Assembly (NCBI GenBank): GCA_016742055.1
Contig: JACVCK010000001.1
Span: forward strand, 1-42,097
Source of the DNA: Phycisphaerales bacterium
Lineage (GTDB): Bacteria > Planctomycetota > Phycisphaerae > Phycisphaerales > UBA1924
Direction: 5' to 3'
DNA length: 42,097 nucleotides
The position numbers were made by a program, and so were the translations under genes. The notes under the pieces were generated by a model. It ran no database searches and was not told the DNA's origin. It was given only the letters and a program-made list of their open reading frames with translations. This document shows, one piece after another, positions 8,550-17,295 of this stretch (position 1 is its first letter; each line of letters starts with the position of its first letter).

Positions 8550-9046
8550 ACGCACGGGTCTGCATCGCCCTCGCCCTGTCGGCGACGCTCGGCGCCTGCT
8601 CGCGCGAACCCCTATCGGGTCCGCCGGAGGTCCGCCTGGGGCGGGAGCGCTGCGCCGAGTGCGGCATGCTCATTGGCGAGGAACGCTGCTCGGCCGCCAC
8701 GCTCGTGGAACGCGCGGGCAGGCGCGAGCACCTGAACTTCGACGACGTCGGCTGCCTGCTCGACTTCGAGCGGGGCGGCGACGACCGCTCCATTGTCTCC
8801 CGGTTTGTGCGCGACCACGCGACCACGGAATGGATCGATGCGGAGCGCGCCTTGTTCCTCATCGCCGAACCCTCGGCCGTTCGGACGCCGATGGGGTCGG
8901 GGATGATCGCGTTCGCCTCCCAGGCGTCGGCCGAGCGGGCGCGTGGACAGCACGGCGGGAGAGTGGCGGGCCTTGCGGGCGTGGCGGAGGCGCGCCGCGT
9001 CTGGGCGGAGTCGATGCGGCCCGGATCGTCGGGGGGCTTCCCGTGA
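8546..9046 (+). CDS. nosL: NosL, copper-binding lipoprotein
   Basis: Lipobox LGAC after a short signal peptide (MNARVCIALALSATLGAC). NosL-type CAECGM motif. The ATG at 8546 overlaps the nosY stop (ATGA). Confidence 0.85.
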   Translation: MNARVCIALALSATLGACSREPLSGPPEVRLGRERCAECGMLIGEERCSAATLVERAGRREHLNFDDVGCLLDFERGGDDRSIVSRFVRDHATTEWIDAERALFLIAEPSAVRTPMGSGMIAFASQASAERARGQHGGRVAGLAGVAEARRVWAESMRPGSSGGFP

Positions 9047-9143
9047 AGCGCCAGAGCGGTTTCGCTATTGGAATGCGTGGGTGGATGGAGGTACATTTCC
9101 GCCGCCGTTCGAACCCGCAGGTCGGCATCCGCCCCAGACCGCC

Positions 9144-9605
9144 ATGATCTCCCAGACGATCGAGTACGCGCTCCGGGCGATGATCCACCTCGCGTCGATC
9201 GAGCGCGGGGCCACGCTCAACAGCGAGACGATCGCGGCGCGCACGGGCGCTCCCAAGGGCTATCTCTCCAAGATCCTGCGCGACCTTGTCGTCGCGGGCC
9301 TGGTGACCTCGCAGCGCGGGCCGTCGGGCGGCTTCATGCTGTCCCGAGCGCCCAGCGAGATCTCGATGCTCGACGTCATCAACGCCGTGGACCCCATCCG
9401 GCGCATCACCCGCTGCCCGCTGGGCAACCCCGACCACCTGCAACTGTGCCCTTTGCACCGTCGCATGGACAACGCGCTGGCCCTGCTCGAGCGCGAGTTC
9501 GGCGGGACGTCCCTGGCCGAGGCCATCGAGACCGGCGTCAAGCCCGGAGCCCAGTGCCGCGCCCTGACCGTCCATGCCGTGCGTTCCGGCCCTCGAAACC
9601 CTTGA
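9144..9605 (+). CDS. Rrf2-family transcriptional regulator
   Basis: N-terminal winged-helix signature typical of Rrf2 proteins (MISQTIEYALRAMIHLA...ETIAARTGAPKGYLSKILRDLVVAGLVTSQRGPSGGF). Cys91, Cys102, His105 and Cys138. ATG at 9144, in frame within ORF 8943..9605. Confidence 0.85.
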   Translation: MISQTIEYALRAMIHLASIERGATLNSETIAARTGAPKGYLSKILRDLVVAGLVTSQRGPSGGFMLSRAPSEISMLDVINAVDPIRRITRCPLGNPDHLQLCPLHRRMDNALALLEREFGGTSLAEAIETGVKPGAQCRALTVHAVRSGPRNP

Positions 9606-9615
9606 GGCCGCGGGG

Positions 9616-11358
9616 TCAGCGCCCCTGAACGCCCGGGACGCCCGCGAGCGCTTCGGCGTCATTCTTGAGCGCCGCGCGGCGCTCGGGCGGCAGGCGGTCC
9701 ATCAGGCCCAGGCGCTCGTACACGTGCAGCAGCGACTCGGCCTCCACAGCGCGGTACACCGCCTCGGAGTCGATGGTCGGGCGTCCCAGGATGTCCTCCA
9801 GCGCCTTCCGTGTGTACACCGGCTTCGCCGCCGCTGTGGAACGGGTGCCGTACTGGTTGAGGTTGGACGCGAAAATGCCCGCGGCGCTGACGGGCAGGAA
9901 GTCCTCGTAGCGGAGGCCCTCCTGCCGCGCGTGCCCGGCGCAGACAAGTTCGTGGATGTCCGTCGTCGTGATCGTCCCGCGGGCCGCGATCCCCTGAGCG
10001 GTGGGGGAGTAGCGCCCGTACACCAAGCCCTGCCGAAGCAGTTCAGGGAGCGACTTGGGAAAGGCGCGGAAGGGCGCGGCGTAGAGCGATTCGTACGCGT
10101 CGAAGTCGCGCCGCGGGAGGCCGGGGTCCTTCTCGCGGGCGGCGTCCGCTTCGGCCAGGCACCGGTCGAACAATTCGCGTCCTTTGGGGGTCGTGGCGTA
10201 GAAGCGCTGCTCGATCTCGCCAAACCGCGCGGTGTGCTCGGCCTCCACCGTGGTTCCGTCGTCGTTCACGAACGTCACCGGCTCGGTCAGGGCCTTGTAG
10301 GCGTCCTGGCGCAGAAGGACGGGAGTGTCCTCGCTGGGGCCTTCGGTGAAGTCCTTGAAGCCCGCGTGCTTCATGCGGTGCAGCGCCAGATCGTCCTGCC
10401 GGAGCCGCGCGACCAGGGCGTCCACCTGCAGCGCGGCGGCGCCCGCAGGCGGTTCGGCCGGCTGGTAGGCGTCGATCCGCTCCCGCGCCAAGCGCTTGAA
10501 GTTCAGACGCAGGAAGTCCGCATCGCCCGCCCTGAGCACGCGCGCGAGCGACCGTTCGGCGCGGAGTCGGAAGGTCGGCTCGTCCATCTCGCCCATGCAG
10601 AACTTCATGGCCGCCGTGTAGAGGTCCATGCAGAACGTGTTGGGCGTGAGGTGGTTGAGGTGGTGGCGCTCGAAACAGGCGATGTCCGCGGCGATCTTGA
10701 ACCCCGACGCGCACAGGTCGGTGTAGAGCGTGTGGTCGGCGGCCCGACCGGTCCACTTGAAGATGCGGTCGGCGCCCTCACGGATGAGCGCATCTGCGTC
10801 GGCGTGGTCCAGCCCGCCCTGGCGCTCGCCCTTCTCGATCAGGCGCTTGGCGTTGTCGGAGAACACCTGTCGGCGAGCGAGCAAGCCCTCGATTCGGGCG
10901 CGGGTCGCGGGGTCGAAGTAGTCCGTCTGCAGCAGCGAGCAGAACACACGATGATCCGGGTCAAGGACCGAGCGGAACGCCGTCGCGACCACGGGCTGGC
11001 TCCGGGCCCCGACGATCGTCATGTCGTAGTAGTCGTGCGGCTCCATCGCGAAGGCCGCGAAGAACCGCCCGACCCACCGGAACTCGTCCGGCCGGCCGAT
11101 GCGGACCGCGCCGTGCCGCTCGCCGGATACGGCGTCGATCTCATCGTCGGTGATCGAGAAGCCCTGATGCCGCTGCGCGAGCAGGTCGCACACCGCCCGG
11201 TTGCACACGCGGTTGACCAGCAGCGACTTGTCGTACAGCGGCGCCTCGCGCCCGAACATCCGCGAGAGTTCCGCGAACAGCCGGCTCTGCATCTGCAGTT
11301 TGTCGGCGAAGCCGTGTGCGGGCTGGGCGATCGGTTGAGCCGGGGCGTGGGTGGTCAT
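9616..11358 (-). CDS. DUF1338 (YdcJ/HglS) family protein, putative 2-oxoadipate dioxygenase/decarboxylase-like Fe(II) enzyme
   Basis: Strong local matches to E. coli YdcJ as I remember it: ERHGAVRIG, HLNHLTP, HTARFGEIEQR, YEDFLPVSAAGIF.SNL. Confidence 0.8.
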   Translation of the reverse strand: MTTHAPAQPIAQPAHGFADKLQMQSRLFAELSRMFGREAPLYDKSLLVNRVCNRAVCDLLAQRHQGFSITDDEIDAVSGERHGAVRIGRPDEFRWVGRFFAAFAMEPHDYYDMTIVGARSQPVVATAFRSVLDPDHRVFCSLLQTDYFDPATRARIEGLLARRQVFSDNAKRLIEKGERQGGLDHADADALIREGADRIFKWTGRAADHTLYTDLCASGFKIAADIACFERHHLNHLTPNTFCMDLYTAAMKFCMGEMDEPTFRLRAERSLARVLRAGDADFLRLNFKRLARERIDAYQPAEPPAGAAALQVDALVARLRQDDLALHRMKHAGFKDFTEGPSEDTPVLLRQDAYKALTEPVTFVNDDGTTVEAEHTARFGEIEQRFYATTPKGRELFDRCLAEADAAREKDPGLPRRDFDAYESLYAAPFRAFPKSLPELLRQGLVYGRYSPTAQGIAARGTITTTDIHELVCAGHARQEGLRYEDFLPVSAAGIFASNLNQYGTRSTAAAKPVYTRKALEDILGRPTIDSEAVYRAVEAESLLHVYERLGLMDRLPPERRAALKNDAEALAGVPGVQGR

Positions 11359-11420
11359 GGGGGGGGCTCGTGGGCGTTGCGGGCGGCGAGGGCAATCCTA
11401 TTGCGCGGGGCCCGCCCGGG

Positions 11421-13772
11421 TCATGCGGAGGCCGCAGAGCGCCGATCGCCGGCCGAGCCGCCACGCCAGGAGCGCAGGCGGAGGCTGTTCGCCACCACGC
11501 TCACGCTGCTCAGGGCCATCGCCCCGCTCGCCGCCATCGGAGAGAGCAGCCAGCCCGTGGCGGGATAGAACACGCCCGCGGCCAGAGGGATCCCGATGAC
11601 GTTGTAGACGAACGCCCAGAACAGGTTCTGCCTCACGATCCGGATCGTCGCTCGCGAGAGCGAGGCCATCTCCGCGACGGCGCGCAGGTCGCCGCGAACG
11701 ATCGTCACGTCCGCCGCCTCCATCGCGACGTCGGTCCCCGAACCCATCGCCACGCCCACATCGGCGCGCGCGAGCGCCGGCGCGTCGTTGACGCCGTCGC
11801 CCACCATGGCCACCCGCAGGCCCCGGGCCTGCCACTGCTCCACGTGCGCCGTTTTGTCCGACGGGCTGGCCTCCGCGGCCACGTCCTCCGGCGGAATGCC
11901 CACGCGCTCCGCCACGCGATGCGCGGGGCCCGGCTGATCGCCGGTCACCATCACAACCCGCAGGCCCAGAGCGCGCAGCGCCCCGACCGCTTCGCGCGAT
12001 GTGGCGCGGACCTCGTCCGCGACGATCAGGATCCCCGCGCCGACGCCATCGATCGCAACGCTTAGAACCGTGGCGCCGCGAGCTTCCGCGCCGTCGGTGA
12101 GCGCATCCAGCGGCGCGCATGCGACGCCTCGCTCCTCCAGGAACTTCCTCTTGCCCACCAGCACGTCGCGGCCGTCAACCCGCGCCTCAACGCCCAGGCC
12201 CGCGAGCGCCCGGAAGCGCTCCGGTTCGGGCGGGGCGAGGGCGCGTTCCAAGGCGCTGGCCACCACGGCCCCGGCGATCGGGTGCTCGCTCCGCCGCTCC
12301 GCGCCGGCCGCCAGGCGCAGCAGTTCGCTCTCGCCAATCTCCGGCGCCGCGACCACGCCGACAAGCCGCGGCCGGCCCTCCGTGATCGTTCCGGTCTTGT
12401 CGAGAACGACGACGTCCAGCCGGCGCGCCGCTTCGAGGGCGGCGGCGCTGCGGATGAGGATGCCCCGCTCCGCACCCCGCCCCGTTCCCACCATGATCGC
12501 CGTGGGCGTGGCGAGCCCCAGCGCGCACGGGCAGGCGATCACCAGCACGGACACCGAGGTCAGCAGCGCCATCTCGAAGCGGGACCCCTCCGGCGCGCCC
12601 AGCCACCAGGCGATCCCGGCGATCGCCGCGATCAGCAGCACGGCCGGCGTGAACCACGCGCTGACCGAATCGGCGAGCCGTGCGATGGGGGCTTTGCTGC
12701 CCTGCGCTTCGCGGACGAGGCGCACGATCTGCTGCAGCGCCGTGTCGGCGCCGACTCGCGTCGTGCGCACGATCAGCGCTCCGCCCGCGTTCAACGTCGC
12801 GCCGAACACCTCGTCGCCGGGGCGTTTGTCCACGGGGCGGCTCTCGCCCGTGAGCATCGATTCGTCCGCCGCGCTCTCGCCGGATTCGACCACGCCGTCC
12901 ACCGGGACCTTTTCCCCCGGCCGCACCAGGACGAGATCGCCGATCGCGACATCGCCGATCGGAACGTCGAGTTCTTCGCCGGATCGAACGACGCGCGCCG
13001 TTTTGGGTTGCAGGCCGATGAGCCGACGGATCGCCCCGCCCGTGCGCGCAGTCGCGCGGGCCTCCATGAAGCGGCCCAGCAGCACCAGCGCGATGATGAC
13101 GGCCGCCGCCTCAAAGTACACCGGCGCGTCGTGGCGGCCCCCGGGCCCATGCCCCGCCCCGAACAGGCGCGGCCACAGCAGCGCGCCCACCGATGCGCCA
13201 TACGCCGCGGTCGTCCCGAGCGAAACCAGAGTGTCCATGCCGGCGAGGCCGCGGCGCAGGCCCCGCAGCGCCGCGACGTGGAACGGGGCGGCGCACCAGA
13301 AGAAGATCGGAGTGGTCAGCGCGAACTGCGCCCATCGGGCGCCCGCGCCGTGCAGCGCGGGCACGGCCCCGTGGGTCATGGCGATCGCCGCGACGGGCGC
13401 CGCGAGGGCGCAGGCGACGATCACGCGCCGGCGCAGCCGGCGCTCGTGCCCCTCTTGGGTCGTAAACGGGTCAACGTTCGATATGCCGGCGGCGGGTCGC
13501 TGCACCGTGGCGTCGTAGCCGGCTCCTCGGACGGCCCGCACCAGCGCCGCATCGTCCGGGGCTTGAGGATCGGACCACACGGTGGCGGTCCTCGTGGCGA
13601 AGTTCACGCCCGCGCTGCGCACCCCAGGGGTCCGCCGCAGCGCCGACTCCACGCGCGCCACGCACGCGGCGCAGGTCATGCCCGCGACGTCGAGGTCGCT
13701 GCGCCGGCCCTCACCGCCAACCTCGGGGGTCTGCGGCGTTGGAGTGGTCTGCTGAATGACAGGGAGCAACAC
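11421..13772 (-). CDS. copA: copper-translocating P1B-type ATPase
   Basis: One N-terminal HMA domain ([12 protein letters not shown]), actuator TGES, membrane CPC motif ([10 protein letters not shown]), phosphorylation site DKTGTIT, hinge [13 protein letters not shown] start at 13772. Confidence 0.93.
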   Translation of the reverse strand: MLLPVIQQTTPTPQTPEVGGEGRRSDLDVAGMTCAACVARVESALRRTPGVRSAGVNFATRTATVWSDPQAPDDAALVRAVRGAGYDATVQRPAAGISNVDPFTTQEGHERRLRRRVIVACALAAPVAAIAMTHGAVPALHGAGARWAQFALTTPIFFWCAAPFHVAALRGLRRGLAGMDTLVSLGTTAAYGASVGALLWPRLFGAGHGPGGRHDAPVYFEAAAVIIALVLLGRFMEARATARTGGAIRRLIGLQPKTARVVRSGEELDVPIGDVAIGDLVLVRPGEKVPVDGVVESGESAADESMLTGESRPVDKRPGDEVFGATLNAGGALIVRTTRVGADTALQQIVRLVREAQGSKAPIARLADSVSAWFTPAVLLIAAIAGIAWWLGAPEGSRFEMALLTSVSVLVIACPCALGLATPTAIMVGTGRGAERGILIRSAAALEAARRLDVVVLDKTGTITEGRPRLVGVVAAPEIGESELLRLAAGAERRSEHPIAGAVVASALERALAPPEPERFRALAGLGVEARVDGRDVLVGKRKFLEERGVACAPLDALTDGAEARGATVLSVAIDGVGAGILIVADEVRATSREAVGALRALGLRVVMVTGDQPGPAHRVAERVGIPPEDVAAEASPSDKTAHVEQWQARGLRVAMVGDGVNDAPALARADVGVAMGSGTDVAMEAADVTIVRGDLRAVAEMASLSRATIRIVRQNLFWAFVYNVIGIPLAAGVFYPATGWLLSPMAASGAMALSSVSVVANSLRLRSWRGGSAGDRRSAASA

Positions 13773-13814
13773 GTCAATGCTAGCGCGGCCCGCTTTGGAG
13801 CGTGCGGGGCTGGA

Positions 13815-14600
13815 TCAGCCCTGACTCTGCTGGCTGTCGCGCCGCGCCTGGGCGCGCCGAACGTGCGCCGACACTTGGCCCCGCACTCGGCTGCGAATCC
13901 CGCTGCGCGCGAGCCGACGCTGCTTCACCACGTCGTCGGCCAGCAGACGCTGGATGCCGGCGGGGGAAGGCGGCGCTGGCACGTGCACCGAACCCTTGGC
14001 GGGCGTCAGGCGGAGTTGCGGCGCCGTATCGAACTGGGCCGCGTCCGCGCCGCCGCCCGGGCGAAGGTCGCCGCCCCGGCGCGCCGGATGAATCGCCAGA
14101 TGGGCCCCGCCGGAGTCGAGCAGAGGGTCGTGCGCCACGGCCTTCCGGGGCTTTTTCTTCCCGGCCTTCTTGGCGGACGCCTTCTTGGCCGACGACTTGG
14201 CCGACTTCTTCGCAGTCTTCTTGCCCGGCTTGGCCGCGCGAGCCGCAGACTTCGACTTCTTCGCGACGCTCTTCTTGGTCGCCTTCGCGCCGGCGCCGCC
14301 CTGCTTGGCTGCCGCGGCCTGGAAGCGCTCGAGCACGGCGTTGAACAGTTCCGCCTTCTCGCGGCTTCGCGTGGAGGCGTCCACGCTGCGACGGCCCTTC
14401 TCGGCCTGCGCCTTGCGCCGCCCGGCCTTGGCCTGTCCTTTCCACTTGTCGCGCAATCGCCGGGCGCGGTCGATCTTCTGCTGCAAGCGCGCGGGGCTCA
14501 GCGAGGGCAGGGTCTTCGGTCCGCTCGCCATCACGAGTTCGAACTCGGAGGCGGTGCAGAGGGAACGGGCCTTTCGAACGTCGATCTTCGGGCTCGGCAC
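13815..14600 (-). CDS. hypothetical protein with a central Ala/Lys-rich histone-H1-like tract
   Basis: ORF 13815..14639. I prefer the GTG at 14600 because GAGGAGGAG lies 7 nt upstream of it and the ATG at 14639 has no SD. The central tract is KKSVAKKSKSAARAAKPGKKTAKKSAKSSAKKASAKKAGKKKPRK. Same strand as copA, 42 nt upstream of it. Confidence 0.55.
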   Translation of the reverse strand: MPSPKIDVRKARSLCTASEFELVMASGPKTLPSLSPARLQQKIDRARRLRDKWKGQAKAGRRKAQAEKGRRSVDASTRSREKAELFNAVLERFQAAAAKQGGAGAKATKKSVAKKSKSAARAAKPGKKTAKKSAKSSAKKASAKKAGKKKPRKAVAHDPLLDSGGAHLAIHPARRGGDLRPGGGADAAQFDTAPQLRLTPAKGSVHVPAPPSPAGIQRLLADDVVKQRRLARSGIRSRVRGQVSAHVRRAQARRDSQQSQG

Positions 14601-14720
14601 GGTCGGACTCCTCCTCAGGGGTTGATCAGCGAACAGCATACCGCCGCTAAAGCAGTCTAGGGACGTCGGGTGCAGCCGGAGCGAGTGAGCGGTCCTTCAC
14701 GTTCCTACCATGCCCACCTC

Positions 14721-16634
14721 ATGCCCCCGCTGATCGTCGCACAGTCCATCGCCAAGCGCTTCGCGGGGCGCACGCTCTTCGCGGGCGTCTCCGTCAGCGT
14801 CGAGGACGGCGAGCGCCTCGCCCTCATCGGCCCCAACGGCGCGGGCAAGAGCACGCTCCTGAAGATCTTTGCGGGCCAGGAGGCCATCGACGAAGGGGAA
14901 CTGTCCTTCCGGCGCGGCCTGCGCGCCGCCTACATCGCCCAGACCGACGCCTTCCCCGCCGGCGCCACCGCGCGGGACGCGCTCATCGCCTCGCTCCTGG
15001 AGCCCAACGCAGCCCCGCACCTGCACGATGCCCACGAAGTCGAACTTGAGGCCGACCTCGCCCTCGACCTGGCGGGCCTGGCCGACCGGGCCGAGTCGCC
15101 CTGCGAGTCGCTCTCGGGCGGTCAGCGCAAGCGTCTCTCGATCGCCAGGGCCCTGGCGCGGAAGCCGGACCTGCTCCTGCTGGACGAGCCCACCAACCAC
15201 CTGGATATCGAGGGCGTGGACTGGCTGGAGTCCACGCTCGCCCGCGCCGAGTCCGGCGTCGTCATCGTCACACACGACCGCGCCTTCCTCGAACGCGGAG
15301 CCGAGCGCATTGTCGAACTCGCGCAGGCCTACCCCGACGGCTGCTTCTCCGTTCGCGGGGGATACGACGAGTTCCTCCGGCGCAAGAACGAGTTCCTCGA
15401 AGCCCAGCAGCGGCAGATGCAGGCTCTGAGCATGCAGGTCCGCGAGGACCTCCGCTGGCTCTCCCGCGGCGCCAAGGCCCGCCGCACCAAGAGCAAGAGC
15501 CGCATCCACGCCTCCTACGAGCGCATGGACGAACTCGCCGAACTCCGTTCCCGCAATGCGCCGGAACAAGCGGCGCAGATCGACTTCTCAGCCACCGAGC
15601 GGCAGACGCAGAAACTCCTCGTCGGGCGCGGCCTGAGCAAGTCCTTCGACGGGCGCACGCTCTTTGCGAACCTCGACGTCGCGCTCTCGCCCGGCCTGAT
15701 CCTGGGCCTGATCGGCCCCAACGGCGCCGGCAAGAGCACGCTCATCCGCCTCATCACCGGCGAGGAGCAGAGCGATCCACCAACCGAGGCGATGCTCAAG
15801 GAGGAGGCGTCCCGGGCGCGCCTGCTGCCCCACGGCGCCCCCGCCCTCGGGACCATCCGCCGCGCCGAGAAACTCCGCATCGTCCACTTCAGCCAGAGGC
15901 GGACCGAACTCGACCCCAACCTCACGCTCGGCGAGACCCTCGCTCCCGACGACGCGGTGATCTATCGAGGCCAGTCCCTCCATGTCGCGACCTGGGCGCA
16001 GATGTTCCTGTTCGGCAAGGACCGCCTGCGCACGCCCATCAAGGCGCTCTCGGGCGGCGAGCAGGCCCGCGTCCACATCGCGAGACTGATGCTCGAGCCG
16101 GCCGACATCCTCATCCTCGACGAGCCCACGAACGACCTCGATCTGGCCTCGCTCGAAGTGCTCGAAGAAAGTCTCGAAGACTTCCCCGGCGCGGTCCTCC
16201 TCGTCACGCACGATCGCGCGATGCTCGATCGGCTGGCCAACCGCGTGCTCGCCCTCGACGGCAAAGGTGGGGCCAGGTACTTCGCCGACTACCAGCAGTG
16301 GAAGGACGTCGCCGGCATCGAAGCCGAAGCGGCGGCCAAGGCCGCCCGCGCCGCCCAAAGGCCCAAGTCGGCGCTGCGCGAGGCGACCGCCCCCGCTCCC
16401 GCCAGGACGCGGCTCTCGTACAAGGAGCAGCGGGAACTCGACGGAATGGAGCGGGCGATCGAGGAGGCCGAGGCCGCGGCTACGGCCGCCGAACGCGACC
16501 TGTCCGACCCCGGAACGCTGGCCGATCATCGCCGGATGGCCGAAGCGAGCCGCCGCCTGGCCGATGCCCAGGCGCACGCCGCGTCGCTCTACGCGCGTTG
16601 GGAAGCGCTGGAGGCCCGTCGGGCCGGCGGCTGA
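14721..16634 (+). CDS. ABC-F family ATPase (Uup/EttA-like, no membrane domain)
   Basis: Two complete ABC cassettes (GPNGAGKST twice, LSGGQRKR and LSGGEQAR, LLLDEPTNHLD and LILDEPTNDLD) and a C-terminal coiled-coil tail. I prefer the ATG at 14721 over the GTG at 14670. Confidence 0.9.
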   Translation: MPPLIVAQSIAKRFAGRTLFAGVSVSVEDGERLALIGPNGAGKSTLLKIFAGQEAIDEGELSFRRGLRAAYIAQTDAFPAGATARDALIASLLEPNAAPHLHDAHEVELEADLALDLAGLADRAESPCESLSGGQRKRLSIARALARKPDLLLLDEPTNHLDIEGVDWLESTLARAESGVVIVTHDRAFLERGAERIVELAQAYPDGCFSVRGGYDEFLRRKNEFLEAQQRQMQALSMQVREDLRWLSRGAKARRTKSKSRIHASYERMDELAELRSRNAPEQAAQIDFSATERQTQKLLVGRGLSKSFDGRTLFANLDVALSPGLILGLIGPNGAGKSTLIRLITGEEQSDPPTEAMLKEEASRARLLPHGAPALGTIRRAEKLRIVHFSQRRTELDPNLTLGETLAPDDAVIYRGQSLHVATWAQMFLFGKDRLRTPIKALSGGEQARVHIARLMLEPADILILDEPTNDLDLASLEVLEESLEDFPGAVLLVTHDRAMLDRLANRVLALDGKGGARYFADYQQWKDVAGIEAEAAAKAARAAQRPKSALREATAPAPARTRLSYKEQRELDGMERAIEEAEAAATAAERDLSDPGTLADHRRMAEASRRLADAQAHAASLYARWEALEARRAGG

Positions 16635-17099
16635 TCAAGCTCCGGGCAACGCGTAGAAGCCCTGCCCGGCGCTCTTCAGGCGACCCATGGCGCCCAGAGC
16701 CAGCCACACCTCTGGGGGAAACTCGTCCGGAGGGATGATGGCGTCGATCTCGGACCTGCGCCCCCCGGTCAGGCGCCGTCCGCCGAGTTTGGATTCCTCG
16801 GCGAGGCGCATCAGGCGCAGCCGCTTCTTGAACGCGCGCAGAGCGCGGTCCAGGTCCTCCTCAGGGATTCCCGAACCCGGCGGAGGCGCGGGCGCCTCCT
16901 CGGGCTGCTCCAGGCGGCGCACGAGGTCATCCAGACCGGGAAGGTCGCGCCCTTCGATGACGCGCCCCGCGGCGGCTGCGTCGACTGGCATGCGGCTCAG
17001 CAGGCGGCCGGCGAGGTCCCAGGCGGCCTGGGACGCAGCGCCCTGCGGGGACCTGCCGATCTCGCCCACGAGTTGCCGGAGTTTCTGCACGGCGTTCAT
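16635..17099 (-). CDS. hypothetical protein
   Basis: ORF 16635..17198. I prefer the internal ATG at 17099 (MNAVQKLRQLVGEI...) because the upstream extension is Arg/Pro/Gly-rich. No recognised motif. Confidence 0.45.
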   Translation of the reverse strand: MNAVQKLRQLVGEIGRSPQGAASQAAWDLAGRLLSRMPVDAAAAGRVIEGRDLPGLDDLVRRLEQPEEAPAPPPGSGIPEEDLDRALRAFKKRLRLMRLAEESKLGGRRLTGGRRSEIDAIIPPDEFPPEVWLALGAMGRLKSAGQGFYALPGA

Positions 17100-17295
17100 G
17101 GCCTCAGCATAGTGGGCCGGGCCCGATCGCCGGCCGGGCCGCGGGGTTGTCCCCGCCCGGTTCAGGGATGAACGTCTCCGGCCGGAAGCCCGTACCATCC
17201 ACGCTCAGCGCGTCGGATGGCTCCGACCGTCGGGCCCGGTCCAGCATCGCACTCGCGCAGCGATGCGGGGCTCCGCCGAAAAAGCGAAGGTGAAC

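Noticed and set aside
9070-9100. Imperfect inverted repeat GGAATG...CATTTCC upstream of the Rrf2 gene, considered as an NsrR/Rrf2 operator.
   Set aside because: The arms are only 6-7 nt, need a bulge, and are separated by 18 nt. There is no convincing resemblance to the 11-1-11 NsrR consensus as I remember it.
16632-16637. Convergent ABC-F and hypothetical genes whose stop codons abut exactly, forming TGATCA.
   Set aside because: This is a curiosity only. It may simply reflect a mis-called small ORF on the minus strand, and no structure or function can be argued from it.
17244-17266. 7-bp stem GCATCGC/GCGATGC overlapping the first ATG of the desaturase ORF, considered as a regulatory thermosensor-like hairpin.
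   Set aside because: The more likely start is the ATG at 17296, which has its own SD. The stem is short, and any such role would be pure speculation.
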